Below the pieces are notes generated by a model that was not told the DNA's origin, ran no database searches, and saw only the letters and a program-made list of their open reading frames with translations. A DNA stretch of 63,640 nt, filler included, from Phoronis australis (Eukaryota > Animalia > Phoronida): assembly GCA_002633005.1 (NCBI GenBank). It is 10 parts of 10 records of this genome, joined end to end, with 100 filler letters (N's around TTAATTAATTAA, not from the genome) between each part and the next. Parts side by side here need not be neighbours in the genome. Positions count along the whole stretch, not along the records: positions 22,776 to 30,232 come from NMRA01000914.1; positions 30,333 to 43,755 come from NMRA01000027.1; 8 more parts are not named here. One strand, written 5' to 3'. The position numbers and the translations under genes are program-made. Positions within the stretch are counted from its first letter, which is position 1; every line of letters begins with the position of its first letter. Of this stretch, positions 23,829-36,390 are shown piece by piece.

Positions 23829-26309
23829 CCGTAATCGTCCGGGTTAACGCCCTAGGCAGTTAAATTGGCGAATCCAAAAAATCGGGGGAGGGCGGTTAAC
23901 CGAGCAGTGGGCGGTTAAATCTAAAATCCACCTAAAGTAGGGGATGGGCGGTTAACCGAACATGGGCGCTTATTACGACAGACAACCGCCCTGGGCGGTT
24001 AATCTTACCTGGCGATCTAAATCCCGACACGACAATCATACTCGGAATGCGTAGCCCTTTTCAAAGAGCTTTATCGTCACGTCGCCAAATGACTGTGAAA
24101 ACATCATAACAGCGGATGATCCCAGCAGAGGTTCTCTTGCCCTCAGATTAGTCATTCACTATTAAATTTACAAAATTGCTGAGTAATAGCCCCGTGCCGG
24201 GCTGTCCTGCGGTGCGCAGACGACCAGTGACCTCGCAGCCTCCACTAGAATTAAAAGTGTTTCAAGATCTGACCCTTCTTAGTGCGCACGTGCAAGCTTC
24301 ACGTGTTGCAGAGGTCAGTCATCAAATTTATGGTTACAGTCTCGTACTACATGTAGCTGTCAAGTTCCGACTCAGAGAGCAGTTTTAAAATTGGTTGTAA
24401 TAAAAGTTTGAAAAACTTAACTCTGTCGTTTTTTTGTGTTTGGGATGTTATAGTTGACACTCCATGACTCAATGACATTTTCAGCGTATCATTGTTCTGC
24501 GGTTAGCTGTCATCTCGACAGCCCGGCATTGCTCTCTTGCCGTTGCGCCAAACATGCTATGCAAAGAAGTAAGACAAGGATCGGGGGTGGTCGAGCCAGT
24601 CGTCGATCAAGAATAAAATTTCAAGCAACTGCATAAATATGTTACAAAATGTCAGAAAACAGCAATGTTTCAATTCATTATTCTAAACGATCACTTTACC
24701 AAACTTCGTAGTGGAAAAACATTTATTTTTCATGCAAGATGTCCAGATTATCCTATTTATATCACTTGTAATATCGCACTGCGGCACTGTTCGGTCCCGC
24801 TGTTATCACGCAATGTCTCAGTCGGCTGACAATCGTGACTTGGAAATGCCGTCAAGTAATATAACGGCCTCTTTCAATATGCATCTTGTTTTTTATGGCC
24901 AAAGATAGTGGCGGTATTCAGCACGCACGTGTGAGTCACCTGTCAATCACATGTTGGTGTTAAGGTAACATGCACTCCAAAGTGTGGGAACTTGCGCACG
25001 TTCACCACTACAAATCAGTCAAACATAGCGACAGTCCGAAGTAACAAAAAACGGACGTGACTATGTGCTTTTAAGCTGTTGTTACGAAAGACCCAGTCAT
25101 TTACGATATTCCTCCGTTGCCAGTGTTCCCCAAAACTGCGATGTCAAGTCTATTGCCATATTTCCCGGCTCGATGCTCCCTAAGCCCATACCTGCAACTA
25201 GCTGTGTGAATCTCCTACCCCGGCGCTATCGTCAAGCAGTCTACGTCGTAGATATTTCAGACTCGAATGGTAAGAATTCTTGTTCTAGCTGAAAATGGCC
25301 AATGTATAAACAAAATTATTCTGGATGGCTAAAAAAGGGGATGTGGAAACGATAATTCACACAGTCACGCTTACGTGCAGGCTGACGCAAGAATAGTAAA
25401 GAACAGCNGATGTGGAAACGATAATTCACGCAGTCACGCTTACGTGCAAGCTGACGAAAGAATAGTAAAGAACAGCCAGCGACATTAGTTAAATCTGCTA
25501 TCCAGTTTGACTGAGATGCAATAAGCGAAAAACAAAATTTGACTAGCCGTTTTTTTATTACTTCAAGATCATACACAAACATACATTATTACCAACGTTT
25601 GAATTCAGAAATCGACAGGCAGCAACGAAATCGGTAACCCGGTAAGGCACTTGTACTGTCCCTTCGGTCGCCCCACATCCTCTATAACCCGGCAGTTATA
25701 TTCATCAAAATATCGAGAATTTGACGTCTTTCCGTGAGTTGTGAGAATTGTTGAAAATACGAGAGCTTCCCACCTTTATAGAATTTGGAGGGTTGGCAAA
25801 ACCATTCTCGCATTTCTCTGGCCTGATTTTTTCGAATATATGTTTTATCTAGTGCACTGCATACAGAAACTCAGCGCGGCAGACAAAGTCGCTGAAAGCA
25901 GAGGTTTTGACGCCGGCGGCGTTCTTAAACTTTGCAAACAATGGAAGAAAATAAAGTGACAAAAAGGTTCAAGTATTATATTTTGAAGTGAGTTCATGAC
26001 CCAAGACAATAACTCGTTACCTGTATTGTAATTCAGATTGCTAAACCACCGTCTCGGAGTCCCGGCGTCGTTTCACTCATTGTGATCGTCGATCTTTTTC
26101 TAAAAGTCGGGGAATCGCGTGTTTCCTTAACACTAGGCGCTAAATCTTCNNNNNNNNNNNNNNNNNNCCGAGAGGTGGGCGCTTAACTGGAAATCTTCAA
26201 AAATCGCAGGGGGGCGCTTAACTGAGCAGTGGGCGGTTAAATCAAAAATCCACTTAAAGTCGGGGATGGGCGGTTAACTGAGCATGGGCGTTAACCCGAA
26301 CGATTACGG
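23829..26309. mobile_element. Tc1/mariner(pogo)-type non-autonomous element, ~2.5 kb
   Basis: TA|CCGTAATCGTCCGGGTTAACGCCC ... GGGCGTTAACCCGAACGATTACGG|CA (24-bp TIR with one mismatch). A ~100-bp direct subterminal repeat sits at both ends. A related end fragment is at ~15116-15170. Confidence 0.8.
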
Positions 26310-28042
26310 CATGTTTCATATTATTATATTGATAACTTTTCCTGGTGAAGGTAGTGATCTCAGCAGTTATATCGCTTATGGTGTTTTGTCAAGTAGTAGA
26401 ACCTTGTACTGCTATGACACAAATTTTGAAGGTTCCTATGTTGTAGTTAAGTCCCACTTTAAATATTTTGCTCACCATGTGAGTTATTGTTTTCATGGAG
26501 GGATTCATACTTATGGATGATCTCATCAGGGATTGCATGTAACACTATTTGGGTGTGTATATTTGTTACATGTTCATTGTATAAAGTGTATTGTTTATAT
26601 TGCAGAGTTTATAATTGTTAGTTTAAAAGATTTCGGTAGGTTATCTCAACAGTGCTTAGTGCATGTTTTGCTCATCCTGTGAAGTGTAATATTTATACTG
26701 AAGAGTTCATCATCGCTAGTGCCTGTGTCCCTTATTGCTTTTCCCATAGTATGAACAACTAGTCATGTTAACGTTTGAAATTCTCATGTACAATATATAT
26801 TACACTATTCCGAAATCTTACACTTATTTTCATTGCGCAAGCACTAATCTGAAGAGGGGCCTACTAGTTATGTGGAATGCGCGCAATGCATTGTTAAAGC
26901 GAGGTGATTGTATGCCGCTGGGTTTTTGTTTTCTTACTCTTTGTGAACACAGTGCCTGTATCTCGCATTTATTCCTAAGTTTATGCAATCATTTTAAATT
27001 ACAAAACATGAAACCCTGGGAACCGGTGGGGCAGTTAAGTTTTGACATCGACAATATGTACGTGTCATTTGAAGTAGTAGCCCGTTGTAGGGGGCCACGA
27101 CCAAAAATATGGGTACACATCACATGTTTAACCACAAAAAAACAAGTGAAAGAGTTACTTTTTCAGGTAAGCGACGCGTTGCGCGCTTTGGTTGTTTTTG
27201 TCCGTTTTAGGTGGCAAGTGGCGCTTTTTTCTTTGACGATTTCGCTGAGGTACGTTTCAGAAAATCGTACTGTAGGCCTAAGTCATTTTTTCTGTGCCAG
27301 TTCATTTAGGTACACAGCAACTGAAAAAATGGATAAATCACGTCATTTTAAATCTCCATATCGCTCCGTTATGGCCACTTCGACTTGGATGGATTTTGGC
27401 TCTTTCAAACANNNNNNNNNNNNNNNNNNNNNNNNNNNNNNNNNNNNNNNNNNNNNNNNNNNNNNNNNNNNNNNNNNNNNNNNNNNNNNNNNNNNNNNNN
27501 NNNNNNNNNNNNNNNNNNNNNNNNNNNNNNNNNNNNNNNNNNNNNNNNNNNNNNNNNNNNNNNNNNNNNNNNNNNNNNNNNNNNNNNNNNNNNNNNNNNN
27601 NNNNNNNNNNNNNNNNNNNNNNNNNNNNNNNNNNNNNNNNNNNNNNNNNNNNNNNNNNNNNNNNNNNNNNNNNNTTTTAACGTTGATCATCGTCAATACA
27701 CCTCCAAAAATTGCACATCGTCTTTGCGCAAACTACATTGAGATTTAAGTCTCCCGAAAAAAGTTGACGATCGGATAGTGTTTAAAAGTCTAATTCTAAA
27801 TTTCTCCAGTTAGTGCACAAATGAAGTAAAAGAAAGTAGTTCTGCTTGTCGTGTCAGCTGTTGGTATCATTATCTCGATTTATGACCCACAACGCGTGAC
27901 TGGACAAAGCCTTTTCAATTTAGCCGGTGGAGCGTGAGACCCCTGCGGTCCCAATCGAGTCCTCACGACAACTCCGCGTTATGTGACTTAGTTTCCATTA
28001 CGCAGCTCCAGTGGGTTTTTAAGTGCTAGGAAACTTCATCGA

Positions 28043-28091
28043 ATGGCCACTGAGAAATGCGACGTCGCTGTTGTGGGGGCGGGAATTAGCG
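28043..28091 (+). CDS. First coding exon of a flavin amine oxidase (monoamine-oxidase-like)
   Basis: MATEKCDVAVVGAGIS-G|gtaagt: FAD-binding GxGxxG motif, closely resembling the MAO-B N-terminus (MSNKCDVVVVGGGISG). Only 16 codons are available. Confidence 0.72.
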
Positions 28092-29292
28092 GTAAGTGTA
28101 TGTACATCGGAGCGCACAGTGAAATATATGCCGGGATTGGAAGGGAAGGTATCTCAATCTCAGTCGCCAGGGTGGGTGTTTTGTCACGGTCACACGTTGT
28201 CTCGGGTACCCAGGATTTCTCCTTTACCTATTGAGCCAAGAGGTGTTGTCTCGGGTGGTAGGCCAACTGAAATGGCGAAGAGGTATCATTTCGATGGGGG
28301 TGGTGATCGAACAAGTGAGTGGGATGGGCGCCGGTGGGGGCGAAACTGCGGTATCGCCGGTTTCGCGTACAGTTCGCCGGGTACTATGGAACACCAGGCC
28401 CTATCCCTTATTAGGAGAGCTGAACCCTGGGACAAGCATACAAGTTATACCTATTTTGTCATCTCAATGGTACACTGCGGCACACCTTGACAAATGCCTG
28501 CCACTCCGATGGGAGCCAGCACAGAAGGGGGACCTGTCTACTAATTGGCAAACTCGTGTCTTAGTGTCAGTGCAGTGGTGTAGTGTAACCGCCGGATTGC
28601 CCACGCTGGTTTCTTGCATGCCGCTAGGTGGTAGCTACCACCTAGCGGGACGCAGGCAACCAGCGAGGGCAATAGCCAGGGAGGAGGCACAGAACACCTC
28701 TCACAGGTGTTTGCCTATCAGCTAGAACATACGTCAATGGACTCTTCACCCCTTTCTGCAAAGAAAGAAAAGTTTTGAGTTATTTCACATCACAAGCCTT
28801 TCAGATGAACACAGAAATTTTATTCTCTTTTGTATTTTTGACCCTTTCACTCCCAATGAAAACCAGGCTAAACTAAGAAAAATAGGGGCAGAATAACGCA
28901 AAATCGACACTTTTAACCCCCAAACCACCATTTTCCTGCTGATGCTCGACTAAAGCCAACATTAGATTCCGAAATTAAATTTCGTACCCATTCCAAAATG
29001 TGATCCAAATGTACTGTCAACCAATTATTTTTTTATAAATCTGGCTTGTTTGAGAGCTACATGAAATCCCGACCAATTTATCAGTTGCTACCCAGAAATG
29101 CACAATTGCAACAGGGGGCCACCATCTTGAAGAAGAGAGCAACTACAGCCGAGCAAGTGGTCTTTTTCATTCTCAACATGTTCACAAATACAAACAAACC
29201 AAATTCACTTGGCCTACATACAACTAACTAAAAGTGCCCCCAAGCCTGGCTATGGGTCGCAGATTTTTAAAACCAGTTTGATGCCAGTTATT

Positions 29293-30158
29293 CAGTGGAA
29301 GAACTGTCCCACTTGCCCGAGTGTCCCGCGACACACTCCCACTGGAGGGTGATCTGAGCACCCAAACTGCTTAGATCCCGCCGTGTGACTCCCTCGCCAC
29401 ACATCTGGCACCTTCTAAATAGCTCCAATACCAGTCCACATTAAACTTATCAAACTTATAAGCTCACCGATCTGTTCATTGGATGACGAACTGTTCACTT
29501 CACTGGGTGTCGAACTGGGCCTGTATTCACTCCCACTACTCAACTTCGCTGCAGGGCTGCTTACAGGCTCTGGATTAGAGACAACAGCACAGGGCGAATC
29601 ACTGCTAGTTCCCGGAATTGCACGAAATGGGGTACGTTTGGAGGCACGGGTGAAAATAGATGAAGTGCCTCCTGTTACTGTATATAGTGGCCACAGCTCG
29701 CAAAGCTTCTCGCTTCAAAAACGCACTTCTCGGGGTCGGGGTTGGCGACGGGGCATTGCCGGGAATCAGCAGCGACGGTATGGTACCCTTCTTCAGGCGT
29801 TGTTTCGCAGGGACCTTCATCAATTCAGCGTGCAAATCTCTGTCGTAATGTTGCCAAACACTCGGTAACCGTCCACTGCTTTGTACGTTGCGTGGACGGG
29901 CAGCGCTGCGTTCTTCACATGAACGAGCTAGCCAAGTACGGCGAAGTGTGTCATCCTTCGGAAAGCGACGCAAGGTACCCAAAGTACGTGTGAGACGATA
30001 ATGAGTACATCCCGGCACGCAGCAACAGCGTGGCATGTTGACTGACTTATAAACAAAAGCAAACGACGACCGAACTTATCACAACCGAGGTAGAACAATG
30101 ACTGACTCGACAGCCCTCACAGTCAGACTACAATGAAAATAAATTGGCGCGAAACTCT
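29293..30158 (-). mobile_element. Second copy of the Kolobok-like THAP element (truncated)
   Basis: Reverse-complement homolog of ~941-1800. ORF 29605-30036 begins MPRCCCVPGCTHYRL..FPKDDTLRRTWL..LKKGTIPSL. Termini not visible. Confidence 0.85.
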
Positions 30159-30332
30159 ACACTCTATCACAGTGCTAAACGAAAGTTAGCACTGTAGAAT
30201 GTTGTTTAATATGGCCTCCCATTGGTTAAAGTNNNNNNNNNNNNNNNNNNNNNNNNNNNNNNNNNNNNNNNNNNNNTTAATTAATTAANNNNNNNNNNNN
30301 NNNNNNNNNNNNNNNNNNNNNNNNNNNNNNNN

Positions 30333-30603
30333 GGGGCACATCCCTCGCAAGAGCAGCAAAACTTCTGCGTTCTTTTTGAATCGCGGCGTAAGTTTGAAGT
30401 GTATACGGACATAACGGTGAGGCTCGTGGTCCGTTACAAATTCAGGCTGTCGGATCTTTCAATTGATAAATTGGAGACGTTAGAACTGTAGGTAAGGGCA
30501 TTTTTCGCATGTAGTTCATGGGCTGGGCGCTTACTTTAGCAAAGTCTGAAAACGCGTTGGGGCACTTGTTGAGCCATGGGCGCTAATTAGGGCGAATAGC
30601 GGC
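30333..30603. mobile_element. End fragment of the pogo-type MITE family (as 3165-4862)
   Basis: Reverse-homologous to 3170-3480. Ends GGGCGCTAATTAGGGCGAATAGCGG. Confidence 0.7.
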
Positions 30604-32790
30604 AGAATTACATACAGCAGCGTAGTTTAATGCACACAAATTACACGTCGTGCAAACCAGTCGGTCATCCCGTTTACCATCAACAATCCCAGTAGCCTTT
30701 GCGCACCCTAATTTCCGGACATGCGCAATCGTTAAATCGATTCGGTTGCAACTCCGCTATTGACATTACTTATCTTTTGTTTCAGGGTCACCTGTTAAAG
30801 CAGTCCACTTGGGACACCAGAAGAAGAAGGGATGTACCCTGGAGGACCCTCGTCCCGAACAGTACCGCAACTTGGTTGGCTATATAAGTTTTAAAGCTCC
30901 AGGCAGTGCATTTTTGTTTTGATAAAGCTGATCTGATTGCCCTACTGTGTTGCTTATTTACTTCAGTTATGTTAGTGACATTTTCTTGATCTTTAATGAC
31001 CATAAAGTGACACATTTCCTGGATTGGTTGAGCTCTCTCTGCATTAGCGTTAAGTTCACTATGGTGGTTGAAACTGATTTTTTTCATTTGTTGGATAGGT
31101 TGGTAACTCATGGTTTCGTGTCCTATTATAAAAGTACTTTATCAGGTCTGTACTTAAGGCGAGGCATGCAAACTAGAGCTATGGTAGATGTTAGTTGTTC
31201 AGTGTTGTATTATGCATTGTGATGGGAAGCATTGCGTAATGGACTTTTTCCCCTTTGTATATGCGTTATCACATCTGTGCATGGACTTATCATGTATACC
31301 TAAGGATGATATTGAGTAATATGGGAACGTTGATATAAAGTGCAGCATCTTGTTTTGCTATTTAACTTTCTATAAAGCTGTTGAGATTACTAATTATGCC
31401 TGTGAATAGTGATTTTCCTGTTTACCTATAAACATCAAAACAGCTGGAAGCTCTCTGCTCATACATTTACTTTGTTTATGAGTGGAACTTATTAAAGCTT
31501 TCTTAAAAAGGCAAAATAACACCCAGATGTATTGTTTCTGCGATCATACTATCCTACACAGAGTTGTTTTATTTCAGTATGCATTTGAACTCTACCTACG
31601 TCGCTGTGTGGCGCTTTAAAGTCAGGTCAGGTTCAAACTGAAGTGTTAAATGACTGCTTGGGAGAATCTGCTCAACTCCATTTGGTCCTTTGAACTGCAG
31701 GTTTAGGTTTTGTGTAAACGTGTCATGTTATAAACAGTTCCACATTTAAGTAAACCATGTTTCTAATCATAGCTTGCATGATAAGAATATGCTATTAGCA
31801 CAACACTCAGGAATAAAAAATAATCAGTGTATTTAATTTTGTTACTTTTGACGTATTGGTCAAACCAGATAGCCTTAGCAAAATAAGGAACACAAGTTCA
31901 ATCATTCAAATGTAAGCCCATCAAATGATAGGTGAAGCTGCCTTTTCGTGTCATGTTGCATCACTGCGTGATTCCAGCACAAACAACAAAGGCTGAAAAC
32001 ACCGTTGTGTTGAATAGGTGCCTGAATAGAACACAATTGTGTTCGGGTGTTATTCGTAGCTGTTTGAATTAAAAGGTGATTCTCTCGTTGACGTAGACAA
32101 AAGCAAGCCAATACGGCTAACAGTTCCTTACATTTGGCAAATTTACAGGTGTTACCATTGAAGATAGGCTTTAAAGACAAAGTGACAATCTGAACAAGGA
32201 CATCTCTTCAAATGAAAAACATTGTTAAAAACAATTGTACTTTTCCATTGCCAACAGAGTGGAAAGCAATATTTTTAAAGAAGCATGGAATGCAAAGCCT
32301 CGTCAAAATATCTTTTAAACAGCTCTTGGCGAAAGTACCATCGCGCAACATGTAGTACAGTGTAATTCACTTTCTCTTGTCAGGTCAAAGGTAACAATTT
32401 CCATACAAGGGAAATGTGCTGTGTCTATGTCTTGCCAACCTAATAAGGACACGTGCTTTACCGTGTGGAAGAAAATCAACGAAGTGGCGAGCATTTGACA
32501 GATCGTTTTTTTTGAAATTTGAAATCAAAGAAAACGCTTTGATATCAACACAAGATTGCAAATTTTTATGAACAAAACCCTAAAAATACTTGGAGAGCAC
32601 GTTGAATTCTGTTTCAGGGGCAGAGAACCACTTTCAATATTGCATTTAGTCTGTTTATCGCGTTCCAGGCCTCTTTAAATGAGATTTGCCATACATTACC
32701 ACAAATGGACAATATACACATGTATAGGGTTGAGTCACTGAACATTACGACTCGAGTAGTACCTAATGTATTTGCAAATTTCAGTACCCT

Positions 32791-35035
32791 TTATGCGTGT
32801 TTACCAACTATTGCGTTTTTGAAGTTTGAAATTAAAAAGCAGACCTTTACAATACTCCCTCCAATCTTAATTTTCTGATGTGGTAAATCTTTTTTAAGAA
32901 TTTTGAATGTTTTACCTAACCCAATGACACGCTCAACATGAACCCGCTTTGATGCAATTCGTCCGTCCTTGATGATAGTGACAGCATCCAGTTGGCTTCT
33001 TCCTTTAAGCATTGATGGCGTGTTGACCAGTACATCCTTGTTGGCCATTATATCTTGAATCATTAAACCTCTGTCTGCCATAATTCTGTCGCCACTTGCA
33101 AACAAATCTTTTGAACCTAAATCTGAACACTCCATTATCTGAAGGTCGCTTGCACTTCCCCCATAGGAGTCACTGACAAATGTAACTAGTCCTCTTGGGC
33201 TACATCCTATGATGATTTTCAACGTGTTCTTGTTTTTATACGTAGAAAATGTGACACTCTGGTCATCCACACGACTTGGTTTATTAATAGGTATCTCAGT
33301 GGCATCTAGAATCACTCTTGTTGATGGATATTGCTTCTTGAAACTTTTTGGCATGGAATTTTGAACGATGCCCTTATCTGGCCAAATATTAATTTCACTC
33401 AATTGGAAATACATGAAATTAATCCAAGTGTTCACTATTTCTGAAACAGTTGACACAGAAACTTTAAATAACAACGAAAGATAAAAATCATCAAACGCCT
33501 GACGCAACTTTATCAGCGTTAGGAAACACTGGTCTTCGGGAAACAGGCTGCTACATGTCACAATTAAGTTGTATGCTGCGTCACCCAAACAGTTGAAAAA
33601 GAGCATAAAATGGCGAAAGTGATTAAAACCGGTCAAATACTTAACGGATTTTGGGTCATTTGTGTGAAGCATAATGCTTTGTTTAATGATAGAAGATGTG
33701 ATGATTTCACACTGAACACCTTCGTTTCTTGGTGGACCAGTGTCCTCATCTTCACTAGTCATTCTGTAAACACTAGAAGTGGCTGTTATCACCTAGAAGA
33801 TAACATATTAGGCCCTGTTGAAGATAAAAGTAGGGCGAAATTTATAAATTGAATTATATTGCAAAAATTATTTATTCAGATCTAAGTGTAATAATTGTAA
33901 TTATATTGCCTTCTCATTGAATGCCATTTAGTGTAAGGCACTAAAAAATTACATCCAATCACAATTTTGCATTAATCAGTCCTGAGTACTCACTTCTACC
34001 TCTTGTCCACAATCAGGGATGTGGGATGGCTGATTTTCAGACATAAGGCTTCGCTTTGACGTACGGTTATCTCGGGATATTGCTGATGGAGATTTTGCTT
34101 TGTGAAAAAGAAATATAGATGGGACTGCATCTTGTTTAAGTCGGTTTCTCTCACCTGTAATTGAATTTACCGTTGGAGAAATATTACCAAAATAAAACAC
34201 AAGTAACAATTCAGTGCTTCTGTATCTCAATAAAAGTTTGCTGCACTCATGAATATTTTATAACTGATATTTTGTCTTCATGTTCATGGGTAGAAACTAA
34301 TCAAAAGCCTCAAGTCTCCCAAAATAATTATGAACAGGGTAAAGTCAATTCAGAATGTGCAGTTTCAATGACACCTTCTAAAGTATATATCCATTCCCAA
34401 CAAATAAATTCATTCCAGGGGTCAATATTGATTCCAATGTAATGTCAATAACGTTACCAATGTATCGAAAAGTCCATTGATATTAATTTGGTAATTAATC
34501 AGCTATTCCTAGGTGGTTACTTGTTTTTTGGACAGTCGGGGACATGGAGACCCATCTAGAATATTGTTGGAAATTGCATCTTGTTGTAGAGTAACTGTTG
34601 TGAAAAAGAGACCCTTGACTTGTTCCCGTTACCTTTTCTACTGTAGTATTGGGAGCACAATACGAATTAATGCAGAAGGCACTAACCTACCATCTGAGCC
34701 CTGGATGAGTTTATGAAAAGAATCCAGTTGGTTCCACTAAACAAAACCAATCATTTAGTTGTAGAAACTGGCAGCGATAATATTCTTGGACGATGTAGAT
34801 GGTGTTACTGAAAACTAATTGCTAAAATCTTACCAAGTAACGTCTTTATGTAGTCGCTGTCCTGGAAATGTTTGGAGCAAACGCGGTCATGTGGCTTTGG
34901 CATCCAAAGATTTTTCGCGCCTTCTTGGACTCTTTTGACTGAAACTCTCCAAGCTTCTTGTAATCTTGTATCTTTTGGAAACTTGTGTCCGTCTTTCGAT
35001 GATTTGCACCCCGGCACACAACAATAGTACGGCAT
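32791..35035 (-). CDS. THAP-domain DDE transposase (ISL2EU / PIF-Harbinger group), 3 exons, ~454 aa
   Basis: Exons 35035-34834 (MPYYCCVPGC..FPKD..W..RVCSKHF, donor gtaaga), 34154-33994 (RLKQDAVPSIF, donor gtgagt) and 33792-32791 (FLTLIKLRQ HTH; ILDATE, YKNKNT.K, YGGSASD, MADRG, RVHVERVIG). Splice phases 1 and 0 are compatible and there are no internal stops. Confidence 0.92.
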
Positions 35036-35165
35036 AGTAAACGACGTAGTTTTACAAAAATTCGACGTTGTTACCATCTGTTTACATGTAATCAGCGACG
35101 CATGCGCAATTCAATCACCACTAGTACAGCAGCGACACCGCGAGGAGAATTCTCCGAATAGCCCC
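32791..35165 (-). mobile_element. ISL2EU-like DNA transposon (candidate 5' terminus seen, other end not located)
   Basis: Transposase as above. Candidate terminus ..TCTCCGAATAGCCCC|AT at 35165, consistent with an AT TSD and RR..YY ends. No matching TIR found in this contig. Confidence 0.6.
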
Positions 35166-35443
35166 ATTGATCAGTTAACTAGTCAGCAGTTTTCTATTTG
35201 GTGTCATGTCAAGGAAAACAACATTCATAGACATTGCAAAAACTATGAAATTATCTTGTGGAAAGTTTCAAAAACACTAAATTGCTCGATTTACAAATCT
35301 TTGAAACTTGGAACATGTTATGCACCTCCTGGCACATTATATGAAAGCAATGCAGCTTAATTTAGAGCCAAACATGGCATTACAGCAAATACGCTGAGGT
35401 TGGCCAGTAGAGAAGTATATCAAATAAAAACAGAGCAAAATCA

Positions 35444-35522
35444 GGACCCCCAACTGGGAATCGAATAATGGGGTCTCTAGATTGCCGATCTAGTGCTCTC
35501 AACACTGAGCTACTGAGGTCCC
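35444..35522 (-). pseudogene. tRNA-derived sequence (pseudo-tRNA or SINE head)
   Basis: Minus strand: A-box TAGCTCAGTGTTGAGAGC, stem-loop CTAGA-TCGGCAA-TCTAG, B-box TTCGATTCCC, ends GGACC/GGTCC. T-arm is imperfect. Confidence 0.6.
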
Positions 35523-35599
35523 GATATCTGTGTAATTACTGTTTAAAGCCAACTGTTATGTCATACATCCCGTGAGCGGCGTATCGCCTTTTTCACACG

Positions 35600-36390
35600 A
35601 GATTTGGATAATTGGCATTACAGCGTTTCATACACACCAACGCAATCGTAAAAATGATCATGTCAAAATAATATAGTTATAATCTGGCGAGCAAAATAGC
35701 ACCTGCCCAGTCAAATAAATGAACTTGGAGAAACAATGGGTGCAGCTTAAAATATCGACGTTTAATGAATCCACGTTTAATAAAAACCAGCACTTTTTTA
35801 TCCAAACTACGTGGAACCTCTAGAATCACTACTGACATCAGTCGAGTCGAATCATATAAATCCAAACGAACGTGCTTGGAATAATGGTGGATTGATTAAG
35901 CAGTGTGCAATATGTAAGCAAATCTTCAGCCAAACAAACGGACGCCATGGTGTTACAAATGTGGCAAAACACTGCACAGTCTAATGAAGTGTCATACAAA
36001 TAAAATTGCACTGCAACTTTCAATTGCACCAGCACTATCCCCGTCACAATTATCACCTATTCCCAGTATCTTTTTTAAAGTGATATATATATATTTATTG
36101 AAGAATACACAGAACATACAAAGAAATAATGACAAACCCAGTGATCGCGAAGCATTATATCTGGGTTGTTAGAAATTCATAAATGAAACTAATATACATA
36201 GAGGTATGTACGTTTAAGTAGTATCTAATATAAGTATTCCATTACTTAGATATGCTATTATGAATGTATAAAAAGCTATTGTACTCGTAGAACCTTGATT
36301 CAAATGAGACAAATTCGCCACATCTTCACCACTCTTTCTTTCAACGTAAGACTGGTTGTACCACGATGGTGAGTTGGTCTTGTTGTTCAT
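35600..36390 (-). pseudogene. Possible decayed intronless GPCR interrupted by a LINE 3' fragment
   Basis: ATG at 36390 gives MNNKTNSPSWYNQS (two sequons)..STIAF | insertion | ILGIGDN..VTGIVLV..FYLY..SLDCAV, resembling TM1-TM2. Many stops and frameshifts downstream. Confidence 0.3.
36071..36270 (-). mobile_element. 5'-truncated copy (3' UTR + poly-A) of the LINE at 8623-9916
   Basis: Reverse complement aligns by eye with 9720-9916 (GGAATACTTATATTAGATACTACTTAA, AACCCAGATAT, TTCTTCAATAAATATATAT..CAC..AAAAAA). Confidence 0.88.

Noticed and set aside
26765-27748. 327-aa ORF
   Set aside because: It runs through a 263-N gap and has no recognisable motif.
35444-35522. Functional tRNA gene
   Set aside because: The T-arm and D-loop are degenerate. 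Kept only as a tRNA-derived remnant.
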